Shown here piece by piece: positions 36,512 through 47,922 of a stretch of 64,000 nucleotides of DNA. The notes below the pieces were generated by a model. That model saw nothing but the letters and a program-made list of their open reading frames with translations. It did no database searches and had not been told where the DNA came from. The DNA comes from Massalongia carnosa (taxonomy: Eukaryota): NCBI GenBank assembly GCA_965645245.1, contig OZ287078.1:744001-808000 (forward strand), written 5' to 3'. Numbering within the stretch: position 1 is the first letter of the stretch; every line of letters starts with the position of its first letter. The translations under genes and the position numbers were made by a program.

Positions 36512-39129
36512 GGGAACGGATAACAGGACACCACTTTGGTTAGATAAACACCACCTCCGGTTAGGTAAACACCGCTAGCCCAGGTAGGGTAGGTTCCTCG
36601 GCCCTGCCCGCCTCTTCCCCTTTTTGATCTAGCGGTTGAAACTCCCACATTCTACGTGCACCTTATCCTTACACTCATATTTCACATTTGATCTGCAGGC
36701 ACCCTGCCGCTGCCACGTCGTCATGCCGCTTCGACCTCCCGAAGATAGTTAATCTTTTGCCTCACTAGAAGACCTGTTGCTTAGAGTCAATGAGCATGCC
36801 GCCCCCGAAGGCTACGCCGTGGTGCTTCTTCGAACCAAGAAAACCAAGCTGGGAGTGAGAAATAAAGCTTGGTTAAAATGCGACCGAGGTGGAAAAGTCA
36901 GAGAACCGCAGGGTCAGGATCGTCGGCACACCAGCAGTCGACTAATTGCTTGTCCATTTGCCCTGACAGCCAAAATGGACGACGAGGTATGGTTTTTGGA
37001 GGTGGTAAATGGGACACACAATCATCCGTCCAGTCTTGCTAGCTCTCATCCTGCCTTGAGAAAAATCGCTCTGACCGGTATAAAGGATGACGTTACCAGA
37101 CAGTTAACAGTATAAACGTCGGCGTCAAAGGTTTTGTCTAGTCTGCGTGTTCCCGATGTGAATGCAGATCTCAGTCCTCATGATCCCAATACCGAGATCA
37201 TTGTGAATCCAATGTTTAAACCTCGGGTCATCTACAACTTAAAGGCGCGGATGAGATGTGATATCATGGGACCATTGACTTCTATTCAGGTATTGATTCG
37301 TGAGTTTGACGAAAAGGATTGGATGTACAACTTTCAACAAGACATTCATCAGCAGATTACGCATCTCTTCTTCATCAAGGGCAGTTCCCAAACTCTTCTG
37401 ATAGATAACTATGAAGTTCTCATTATGGATTGCACGTACAAGACCAATCGATACTAAATGCCTCTTCTCGTCATCATCGGACAAACCGCGCTACATACTA
37501 CCTTTTATGTCGCCTTTTGCTTTCTGATCACGGAGACAGCAGAGGACTACATCTGGGCTTTACAGCAATTGAAGGAGGTGTATTCTCGATTGGAACTTCC
37601 TGATTCGATTATTCTCGTGTCCGACATGGAGAAAGGATTAATGTTGGCATCTTCTATAGTCTTTCCAAATATCAATTATTTGCTATGCATCTGGCACATC
37701 AATCAGAATGTGTTGACAAAGTGCAAAAAATCTTTCGACAATGAGGAATGGAGGATCTTTTTGTCAGATTGGAAATCAGTGATCTATGCAGCAACCGAGC
37801 CTCAATTTTGGAAGCTATGGGAGCAGTTTTCTGCTACCTGTATGACTTCTCATGAAGATTGTATTCGATATTTGAATTCCACCTACATTGATAATCATCG
37901 CGATCGCTTCGTGGCATGCTACACCAACAAGGTGCTGCATTTTGAGACAACGGTAACGTCGCGAGGGGAAGGCGCACATGCAGTATTAAAACGTCAATTA
38001 GGATCATCGACCGGAGATTTGAAGCTGGTAGTTGACGGCATTAATCTGCTACTAAAAAATCAGTATCATGATCATCTGATTGCTTTTGAAGAAGCCAGAA
38101 CACGTTTTCCACTTCATCTTTGCAAAGTTATCTTTCAGCAACTGAGAGCATTTATCAGTCCCTATGCCCTGAAAAAGATTCTACACCAATACGAGTTATT
38201 AACAGGAAGACCGACTGTTATTCCAGCTTGTACCAACGTCTTTACTACCATCACCGGCTTGCCTTGTAGTCATCTGATTCAGCAACGATTATTCGAGAAT
38301 GAAGGAAGTCTGAAATTGGAAGATGTGCACCCGCATTGGAAGTAGGTTATTGTCATCTGATCGATGGTCAGCGATCAGCTACTAACAACAGTTCAAGGTT
38401 GGAAAAGCGCGCCCCTCCGATTGCTTTGATTAATCCTCTTCTTCTAGTGAGGGAACCGGAGATAGCCCGACCTCGTGGTCGCCCTCAGGGAGCGGAAAAC
38501 AGACGAGCGGAGGCATTTGACAATTCCACTCATCGATTACCATCTCAATTCGAACGGGTTGAAATGGAAACAGCTGATGCAATAGCTCCGGAGGTGGAAC
38601 GAGCTATTCATCGAGCCAATACTACACCAGGCAGTGTAGGACGTCAGGGGCGAGGGCGAGGGCGAGGACGAGGGGGAGGGAGAGGAGGGGGAGGGGGGAT
38701 TGGTGAAAGAGCTGAGACAAACACAAGGACTGGCCGAGCTAGGGCTAGGGCTAGTCGAGGCAGAGCTGGTCGAGGAAGGGGAGACGGGATTGGCTGGGAT
38801 GCAGCAGATGGAATTGGCGGGGATGCAGCGAATGCGGCTCCAATCAACTGATTTGCATTACTAAGCTTCAAATAAAGGGTGCGATTCATGAAGACAGTGC
38901 CAATCGACAAATCCAATGTCTAGTAATCGATGGTTGAAAGCTGAATTGAATTTTTTCTTGAGGTGTCAATGTTGGGATGTGGACTGCTAGACCTAAAAGA
39001 GGAAGAAGGCGGGCGGGGCCGAGGAATCTACCCTACCTGGGCTAGCGGTGTTTACCTAACCGGAGGTGGTGTTTATCTAACCGGAGGTAGTGTTTATCTA
39101 ACCAAAGTGGTGTCCTGTTATCCGTTCCC
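36512..39129 (+). mobile_element. MULE #2 with decayed transposase (36723-38851)
   Basis: TIRs GGGAACGGATAACAGGACACCACTTTGGTTAGATAAACAC (~130 bp), 8-bp TSD TATTTTTA. CDRGG, MDCTYKTNRY, LLCIWHINQN, TSRGEGAH. Several stops, intron from 38342. Confidence 0.9.
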
Positions 39130-39216
39130 TATTTTTAATAGGGTAGCCCGATTGGGTAGCTGGCCCGAATGAGCGGCTAATACGTTAGGCAAGGGGACTT
39201 AATACAGTCCTAGGAC

Positions 39217-41650
39217 TAGGGCTAGGATATGTATTAAACATGTTTATTGACTAACCCGATCGGGAAGTGTTTAATACGTGTCAGTTGGCCCAACTGACAG
39301 ACACAGGGATTAGCTACAGGGGGGGAGGGGGGGGGGCGGAAGAAGCGGGAAGATAGAAAGTGGGGAAAAGATACTTTATTTTGTTAGCAATTTGCGTACA
39401 ATTTTATGTATCTCCTACTCTACTAGCTAGGTGTTTATCCAAGCTCTCGTCGCATCACCAAATATCGTTTGACTCGCCGGTCTTTTCGATAATGAAATGG
39501 GCGTATCAGATAAAGAGATCTCTTCTTGCAGAAGTCTATCCTCCATCTCACAAAGATCCGTCTCATTAATGTCGATGCCAGCAAACTAAAGCTTGCTTTT
39601 GAAATCTGTTGGCCGATTAAGAGTACGCTCATTCATGTAAATAAACATGAGTTTATCGACATTGATGGAATGTAGAGAGTTCCGACTTTTGGTCATGATC
39701 AAATTCATGACCGACCAATTTCTTTCTGCCAGCACCGAATTAGCAGGCAGCATTATTACCTTTCTAGCTATGTTGCTGAGATCAAAAGCAAAGCTTCTGG
39801 AAAAGTTCCAAAACAGCTCCGAATCCGTTTGATATGTCCAGCATTCGGAGACAGGATAAAAACCGTCTTCTTGATTTCGAAAAGAAAGCTATTGCTTCAT
39901 TGCCGAATTTGCTTCTTCAACGTTCAGATATTCAGCAAAGAATCTATGCATGATAGAGAAAAATGCCTGTGACGTGGATACTCCAATCACCTGAATGTTT
40001 TAATTCTGAGGAACCAACAGAGCTGTTACCACATGAAGTTCAGTTATTTGACTGAGATAGCGATCTTCACAAACTATCTCTGCAATGTGATGCAAATCTA
40101 TCTCAGAATCTTCATCCTCTTTGGCCATTGTATATAGGTGTGATCGAAGCCTGTTCCAATTAGCAGTCACCGTGTACAGTTTATACCCCTCGGCCTCGGA
40201 TATGTATTGTGCTTTATATATGGGATCAAGAATTTTCTGTACGATGGCCAGCTTTTTCCAAAACGAGAAGTCGTTGACGAATGTTCCTAAAGGATGACTT
40301 CTGCCCTGATCAATGCCCGGAGCATTTTGCTGAAAATAATCCAAAATTGCCTGCTTGCTTTTTAGCACCGAGTTCAAAAGGCCTACAGTCGTACCCCATC
40401 TGGTCAAAACGTTGAGAATCAGTGATTGATGTTGATTGTATGCCTTTGAAAGTTATAAATTAGCAATGACGTTTTGATGCCGCATTGAAATTTCATTCCT
40501 ACTTACCTTCATCTGAAAATTCCATAGAATGGCCAATTCTTTATTCGATCCACAAAAAGCTTTCACTATCGACTGAGCTTTTTGCATGATGTCTGCAAAA
40601 AAAGGAAGCTTCAAAATATCTCCCAAAAGAAGCTGTAAACCGTGACTGTCGCAAGGAACGAAAAAGACGTGTCTCATCTCAGGAAACTTTCGAATTTCAG
40701 ACCACATGGCCTTCATAGTAGAGCAAGTATCTGTTCCTATACAATTAACTCTCCAGAGCTGATTATTGGTCGATTCTCTACAGCCTTTTATCATTTACTC
40801 AGCTTGAACAGCTGCAGTCATCGCCTCAGCGATGCCGGTTATTGCTTTTAAATAACAGCCCCCCCCTCGAGAGGTAGCTGATGAAGGGACATGATAACAG
40901 ACATTAATAACCCGTTCCTTTTTAATATTGACCGTTTCGTCGGTAAAGAAGTTGAGATAACTGCAGTCATCTAACTACTGATTTACTTTCAGTTTAACCG
41001 TCTCATAGGCGTCGTCCAATAATTTCCCGCCAACGAGCTTATGATATGGAGGTTTATATCCAGGATGCAGTGCTTGATGATGAGCAATCACATAGGGATT
41101 TTCGAAGTGGTTAAACGGAAGATTGGTCATAAAGACGGACATTGCAGCAGCGCGATAAGCATGCGCAACTTAAGCTTGATTTAAGGGACGAATCAAAGGG
41201 GTGATAGGCAATTGAATTAAAGATTTGCTGCTCCTAGAAGACGTCTCTTGCTGTCTTCTTTCTTGCACTTCTTGAAAGGCATTGCATGTCTGCAAATGCT
41301 GCTGACCCCTGGTAGCAACTTTGGCAGAGTGATATCCGCAATGCGTACAACGATGCTGAGGGTATTTCATGCCTTCAATGATGATATCAACGAAATTCTC
41401 ATCTACCAATGCATTTTTCGGTCGACCGCCAGAATGTCCAGATTGTCGAGACATGATCAATGTATGTATAGAGATAATAGGAAGGTACCTCAAATTAGGT
41501 AGAAATGTCTAGTAATTTCAGGTATTGATCTATGAGAAAGATAAATTTGACATGCTTAAGTAATATTATACCAAAAAGACAGGGTCCAAGTCTACACGTG
41601 ACGTATAATACGTGTCAGTTGGCCCAACTGACGTATTTTTCCTAGCCCTA
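39217..41650 (-). mobile_element. hAT transposon with decayed transposase (41454-~39435; BED finger, DUF659-like core, dimerisation domain)
   Basis: TIR TAGGGCTAGGA..TCCTAGCCCTA and subterminal GTCAGTTGGCCCAACTGAC at both ends. CTHC..HLQTC, FTDET, VPCDSHGLQL, TRWGT, PANSVLAERNWS. No matching TSD. Confidence 0.82.
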
Positions 41651-41721
41651 CTCGAGAGTTAGATCCGAAGTAGCTAGGTCGATAGTCTGGTACCGAAAGT
41701 AGTGTCGAGTAAAACCGTGAC

Positions 41722-44700
41722 AAATTATATCACAGTTAGTCGAAGAAACCGGACGCTGGCATCCTATCGCCTTTTGGTCAAGGAAAATTGCTCCAGCTGA
41801 ACTCAATTATGGAGTGGGCGAAACTGAGATGTTAGCGATCGTCGAAGCATGCAAGTAATAGCGACACTATCTTGAAGGGGCATTGCATCCCATTCGTGTG
41901 ATCACCGATCACTGCAACCTTCGTACGTTTCTCACCACTAAGAATTTATCGCGAAGAGAAGCGCGATGGTGGGAGAGACTCTCTAGTCTCGACTTGGTAA
42001 TTAAATACCGACCAGGGCGCTATAATCCTGCGGACGGGCTATCAAGGCGTCCAGACTATGCTGGAAATAAACCCAACTTGTCTCATCAAGTCGGTACAGT
42101 AGTTTCCAGTGAAGCAGGGGAGCCTCTGGGTATTCAACAGGGGACAGAGAAACTCGAAGAAAAGTTCGAGACGAAGAAGTGGGTGGTTGCGTCGATAACC
42201 GGCATCCGTGTAACTGCCCCTAGGGGAAATTTTATGGAATGGGAGCCCACAATTGATAGCACAATTGTGAATTGATTCATAGAACCTGAATCTGTTAACG
42301 GAACTGATTATGAATCAGGGGACTCTTCCGTTGATGAGACCGAAAATGGTCCAAGCGCGCGTTCCTTGCTAGCTACTGAAGGGACTGAGAATGAAACTCT
42401 CGAGGTTCTTGGAGCAGTAAGAAGGATTAAGGAGAAGAGAAAGTCTTCACCTAAACTGGACAAGGAAAGGCCGATTCGAAGCCTACAGAGTTCCAACTCG
42501 TGGAGACATCCTAGAAGGAGTCTCGAATTTCTCTAGAACAATCAAAGGAAGTTTCAGAGAAGGACTCAGCCTTTGCTGCTCTACCGCTCGAGTTACGCAC
42601 CGTCCTTCTGGCACTGCAAGAGTCTGATCAACTTGCGCAGCAGAGACGGCCCCTTGCCGCTTCGTCGGCACAGTGGGAGCAACACAAGAGGGAGAGTTTG
42701 TATGGAACGCTGAAGTCAACAAAGGTGTCTAAAGTTACTCGCAGGTAGATACCCTGGCATTGGAAGGGAAACCGCGGGGAGATAATAAAGACAAAGAAAA
42801 CCTTTAGTATATAGAAGACGGCCTTTTATGCAAAGACAATAAATGGTACGTACCTTCAGGCATATTGAGAGAAGCGTTACTGTGACAGAATCATGACGAT
42901 CCCAATGCGGGCCACTTTGGAGTTAGGCAGACAGTGGAATTAATTCAAAGAAAATACAACTGGCCTAAATTGCGAAGAGACATCAAAAGTTATGTCGAAA
43001 CCTGTACTCGTTGTCATCAGGTCAAGGCTCCAAGACATAAGCCTTACGGAGAATTGGTGTCGTTGCCAATCCCCCAAGGACCTAGAAAAAATTGGACAAT
43101 AGACTTTATAACTGACCTTCCGCCAAGCATTCGGCGGGGATTGTAACAGATCGGGGAAGTCTTTTCACCTCCAAATTCTGGTCGCACTTCTGTTATCACC
43201 TCCGAGTACGGCTCAATTATAGCACAGCCTTCTATCCTCAAACCGATGGGCAGACGGAGAGACAAAACCAAACCTTAGAACAGTACCTGAGGTGTTATGT
43301 GAACTATCAGCAAGATGACTGGTTAAATTGGTTACCAATGGCTGAGTTTGCTTACAATAATAGCTTGCACAGCGTTATCAACATGACACCGTTCGAAGCA
43401 ATGTTTGGGGAAGCCCCAAAGTGGGAAGACAGTATTCTCGAAGCAAGCGAGAGCAAGACCCCAGTGGCTCGCCTTCGAGCGGTGAACATGCTGAAACAAA
43501 GAGAAAAGTTGCGGAAACTTCTCAATGAGGCTGTAAACTCTCAAGCTAAGTTCTATAATGAAAACAATATGCCCAAGACATATAAAGTAGGTAAGAAAGT
43601 CCTGCTGAGCGCTAAAAATATCAAGTCTACTAGGCCATCCAAGAAATTAGATTATAAATATTATGGACCATATGAGATAATAGATCTCGTGGGGAAGAAT
43701 ACTTACCGCCTGCGACTGCCAAGCTTACTAAAGGGAGTACATAATGTATTTCATGTCTCCTTGTTAGAACCCACATTATAGATCCAAAAAGAGGATCAGA
43801 AGAGCCTCCCGCAATAGAGGTCGCGGGGGAAGAGCAGTAGGAAGTAGAGAAAATCCTAGACTGTAGGATTGATTATGGTAAACTCCAATACTTAGTGAAA
43901 TGGTTAGGCTACTCAGATACAGATAATCAATGGTTACCATTCGAAGACATGGAAGGATCTCAGTACCTGATTAGAATATATCATCAGTAATATCTAGCAA
44001 ATCCTGATGATTCTCACATCAAGAAAATGTGACGAGAAGGACTCAATGAGATAAGATCAGGTGGTACGAAGTCTTTGCTATATGTAGGCTATCGGTTATT
44101 TACAAGACGTTCGACAAGGAAGAAAGAAAATCTCAACAGCGAAAGCAAAGATATAATCTTTCCGTTGATCTCGCTAACCATGCTGAGCCTAGCCCTCGCT
44201 TATCATTTAAGCCTTAGCGCCATGACTCGATTCTGGTGCTAACGAGGCAGTACCGTGACAGAAAATATGGAAGAGGAACAAGAAATGAGAGCAAATCAGT
44301 CCTTATTAACCTTGTAGCTATCAAGGTCAATCCCCTCCTATTCTTCCCAAGTATCCTCGTGAGGAGGGAAGGCAACACCGCGCGACCCGCGAGAGGCCGA
44401 AGAATGCACGGTGGGGGGAGGAGCCACACGGGAAGGAGACGCACGCACACCATCTCCTGAAGGCCCGCGATAGGCCGGCGAGCCCGAGGCAGAGCGCGAA
44501 GCCGAAGTTGACCCTCCCTCTATATAAAATCCGGACGAGCTCTCACCACCCGACGAACGCCCACTGGGTTACAAAAAACACAGAAGGCCGACCGGAACGG
44601 GAAGGAAGCGACCGCAGGGGCGGAGGAACCGGGGACGGAGGAGCCGAGGACGGCGCAGAGCGAGAAGAAATTGATATGGCCTTACCAACCGCAAGAGAAC

Positions 44701-45642
44701 GAGCTGAAGACCGAGCAACAGAAGGGGAATCGCCAGGAACACGTACTTTCCTCAGACCAGAAGGCGGAAGACGTCTTCCACTACAGCGAGGTAGTGGGGA
44801 ATCCCCGAGCTTATCAGGGGACAAGGAAGGGGCTGAAATAACACGGTGTTCTGGAGTTTTAGGCATTATGATTGTGCTTGTAGAAGGGAGAAAGGAAAGA
44901 GAACGATGGGGAGTTTTATGAGAAGTGGGGGATTATTCACACTTTCTTTACGAAACCTCACTGGAATTCACTACACTGGCCGATAACTCACCAGTTCTAC
45001 TAGAGATATGACTCAAACGACATAAACGTAGATTCTGGATGCAGAGATTGAGTCGCATGTGCGAGACTCTAAAGGCAAAAGCATGAATCATGTTCGGAAT
45101 ATCAAAGGACTCATAACAGGGGTCTCGACGGGGGTTAGGCTGAGGATAAATTGAGACTGTATAAAACGCGACAGCAAGCTCATGAGGACATGAGCCCTAG
45201 GAGGAGGGTACTGTCAGGATAGCTTCCTACAAGACATGAAGCGGTCGCACCCTTCTGCAGGGGGTGCGCGGGAAGACACCCATGCGATAGTCTCAACCGG
45301 TCTAATCATGTAATAGTAATTAGTTTGACGAACGTGGCCTGATCAAGGTAGGGCCATCGGATAAAGAGCCCTTTGCCCACCTCTTTCGGAGGGCCACTGA
45401 TCAATCTATTGATTACACTCCACCTACCTCTATTCTATAGCGACTCCTATTCTATTGTCCTACCACTACTGTAGAGCCATATAGTCACACTGTTCGTACT
45501 TCGCCTCACATAATACTTAGTCCGCAGACCAAGCTCTATTCTACTACAACTAGGACTCCTGCTATGTTCGCTGTAGGTCCTGCCGTCCGCACCACGCTTG
45601 GTCGAACCGTTAAACTACCGTCACCGCACTGAAGCAGCAACA
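41722..45642 (+). mobile_element. 5'-truncated, decayed Ty3/Gypsy chromovirus #3 (RNaseH-IN-chromodomain, PPT, 3' LTR from 45212; LTR end uncertain)
   Basis: [92 protein letters not shown] marks the PPT/LTR boundary. Confidence 0.82.
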
Positions 45643-47922
45643 GTAACGTCGATTTTGATACTCTGAAACTTTCGCATTAGATTCTAACCATCTTTCTTAT
45701 TCATTTGAGCCTATCTTGAGCAATAACGCACCAGAATTGGGTATGGTAGAGCTCCTTCAAGGCTCTTGCAGAGTTTTTCTGCTGGTCGCATCCATCCAAC
45801 TCACTCCAAAAAACGCCCCCTAAAAATTACAAAAAACAAAAAATATCTACAATTCCGTCAAAAATTGCTCAATTTTCGATATCTCTTCGATTTCATTGTC
45901 GCATAAACCTCATATATTATCACCGAAATCATCAACAAAAAACACTCACTGTCGCGTTACTGTACACCTGTTGTCGTCGCGTCAAAATCTTTGAAGTTTA
46001 TTTTCATATTTACGGTTTCTGGTACCTGCGCAAGCAATATATTTCTTGCATATTTAGTGCATATATCGTGCATAACTTTATTTTAGGTTTTCTTGTTCAT
46101 CATCGAACGGCCAGACCAACAATCTACTTTCGGACATCCATTTCTCAACATTGGACGGCCCGCTGAAAGGAAGGGGAAAAAGTCTGGAATAGGGTTACAC
46201 CGAAGGCCCTGTTTCAGGCAAATCAGAATAGGAGGTCCCTATTTTCTAAATCGTACTTGATTTTATTTTTGATTAAAAAACACTAAAATTATCCTATTTG
46301 ATCAAAATTTTCATTATTTTCAACTACCGTAGTGTCTGGTAAAGGGTTAAATCAGACTTATTGCCTAAGCGAGGAACGGTCTACTTTAACCCGATAAGGA
46401 TATATTTGACTTGTTATTGTCAATTAAATACGGATAGGAAAGAAAGAGTTATTTGACCAGTAAATTGGTGTAATATCTATTTTGACTAGTACGTCTGGGG
46501 AACGTCAGAATAAACTATTTGGTGGTGATAAAAGGGATATAGAAAAGGAATTTTCAACCAGGTAATCAACCCGGTAGCACACTCGGCACTCCCTAGAACT
46601 AGGCGATTTTTGGCGAGACCACCCCTTTAAGGCCCCCCACCTAGAAATTTATCGGCCCGCCCAAGTACCCCCCCGGGTCCCCCCTAAAACGACTCTCCCG
46701 CGCCATCTTCAGTAGCCATGATAGGGAGCTCACCCCCATCAGATGAGTTTATAGAAGCTATAGACCAGTCAGGGAAATTTTCGTCCGCACCCTCCATACC
46801 GACCCCTAAAGCGAAAGCCTTCATTTCTCTATCTGGTGAATTTACTTCCAATTTACCTATGCCGTTATTACATTCGAATATTGGACTAAGCCCGCCAATC
46901 AAACGCAATAAAAGACGAACATTCGACGAGTATTCGATTGAAAGTCAAGAAGTCATCAATCGAACGAAATCAATTCAACTACTAAATAGGGCTAAAAACG
47001 CACTATTGGAGTCATTCGTACTAGATCAAAATCCCGAAACGGCTATTGTCATTGTGTAACAGGGATGGAAATAAGTCAGCTAAGCCACTGAGTCAAAAGG
47101 CTACTATTGTAGTTCTCCTATAGAGACACTACCGCTTATTACACTACATAACGTATTTACTAGCCAATCGGGCCAGCTACCCATTCGGGCCACCCACCAA
47201 AACCAACACCAAAATTTCAACTTTTTCGCCTTGCATCTTGTACCACACCACCATGGCCTCATCAAATGAAACTATCATTGATGTTAATAGTTCTGATACT
47301 AGAATAGAATTAGCTATCGCTGAGTTGAAAAGAAATCCTGCTATATCTCAGCGTCAATTAGCTAAGGAGTATAACGTGCCTAGATCTACCCTTCAAGCAC
47401 GTATTCACGGTCGGAAATCAGCCAAAACCTATCATGAAGAGTCTCAACGATTATCAGTAATTGAGGAAAGGGCTCTGATTGGCTGGATAGAACAGATGAC
47501 CGAGTGGGGCTGGCCCCCACGCATACAACATCTAGAAAGCATGGCAAAAAATCTTCTGAATGCGAAGGGCGATAGCGAGCCTTTGGGTCATTGTTGGTAT
47601 CAGAATTTTTTAAAGAGACACCCTGATTTCAAGTGCAAACACAGTAGAAATCTGGATCAAGTCCGAAAAGATGCTGGAAACGTTGATATCATAAAAGACT
47701 GGTATCAATTATACTCGACTACCCGAACGAAGTATGGAATAGCCGACGGAGATGTATACAACATGGATGAAAAATGGTTTGCCATGGGCATCGCCGATAG
47801 CTCCAAAGTGTTAGTAAAAGTCACTGAAGCTGAAGCATTCAACGTCTATTCGGGTAATAGGGACTGGGTTTCAATGATTGAATGTGTTTCGTCTTTGGGA
47901 TCCGTTTTACCAGCTTATTTTA

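Larger units (their letters stand above)
11236..39185 (+). mobile_element. pogo/Fot1-like Tc1/mariner DNA transposon #1 (defective), expanded by ~26 kb of nested insertions
   Basis: TA|ACGTCTTAGCCAC-CATTCGGGCCAGCCACCCAATCGGGC at 11234 is the inverted match of GCCCGATTGGGTAGCTGGCCCGAATGAGCGGCTAATACGT|TA at 39147-39187. Transposase pieces at 11360-12598, 18256-18338 and 18746-~18930 are collinear with pogo #2. Confidence 0.88.

Noticed and set aside
46330..46550. Group I intron in the LINE 5' UTR
   Set aside because: Only a faint GATATAG resemblance to the S element. P, Q and R elements and P7 pairing were not found.
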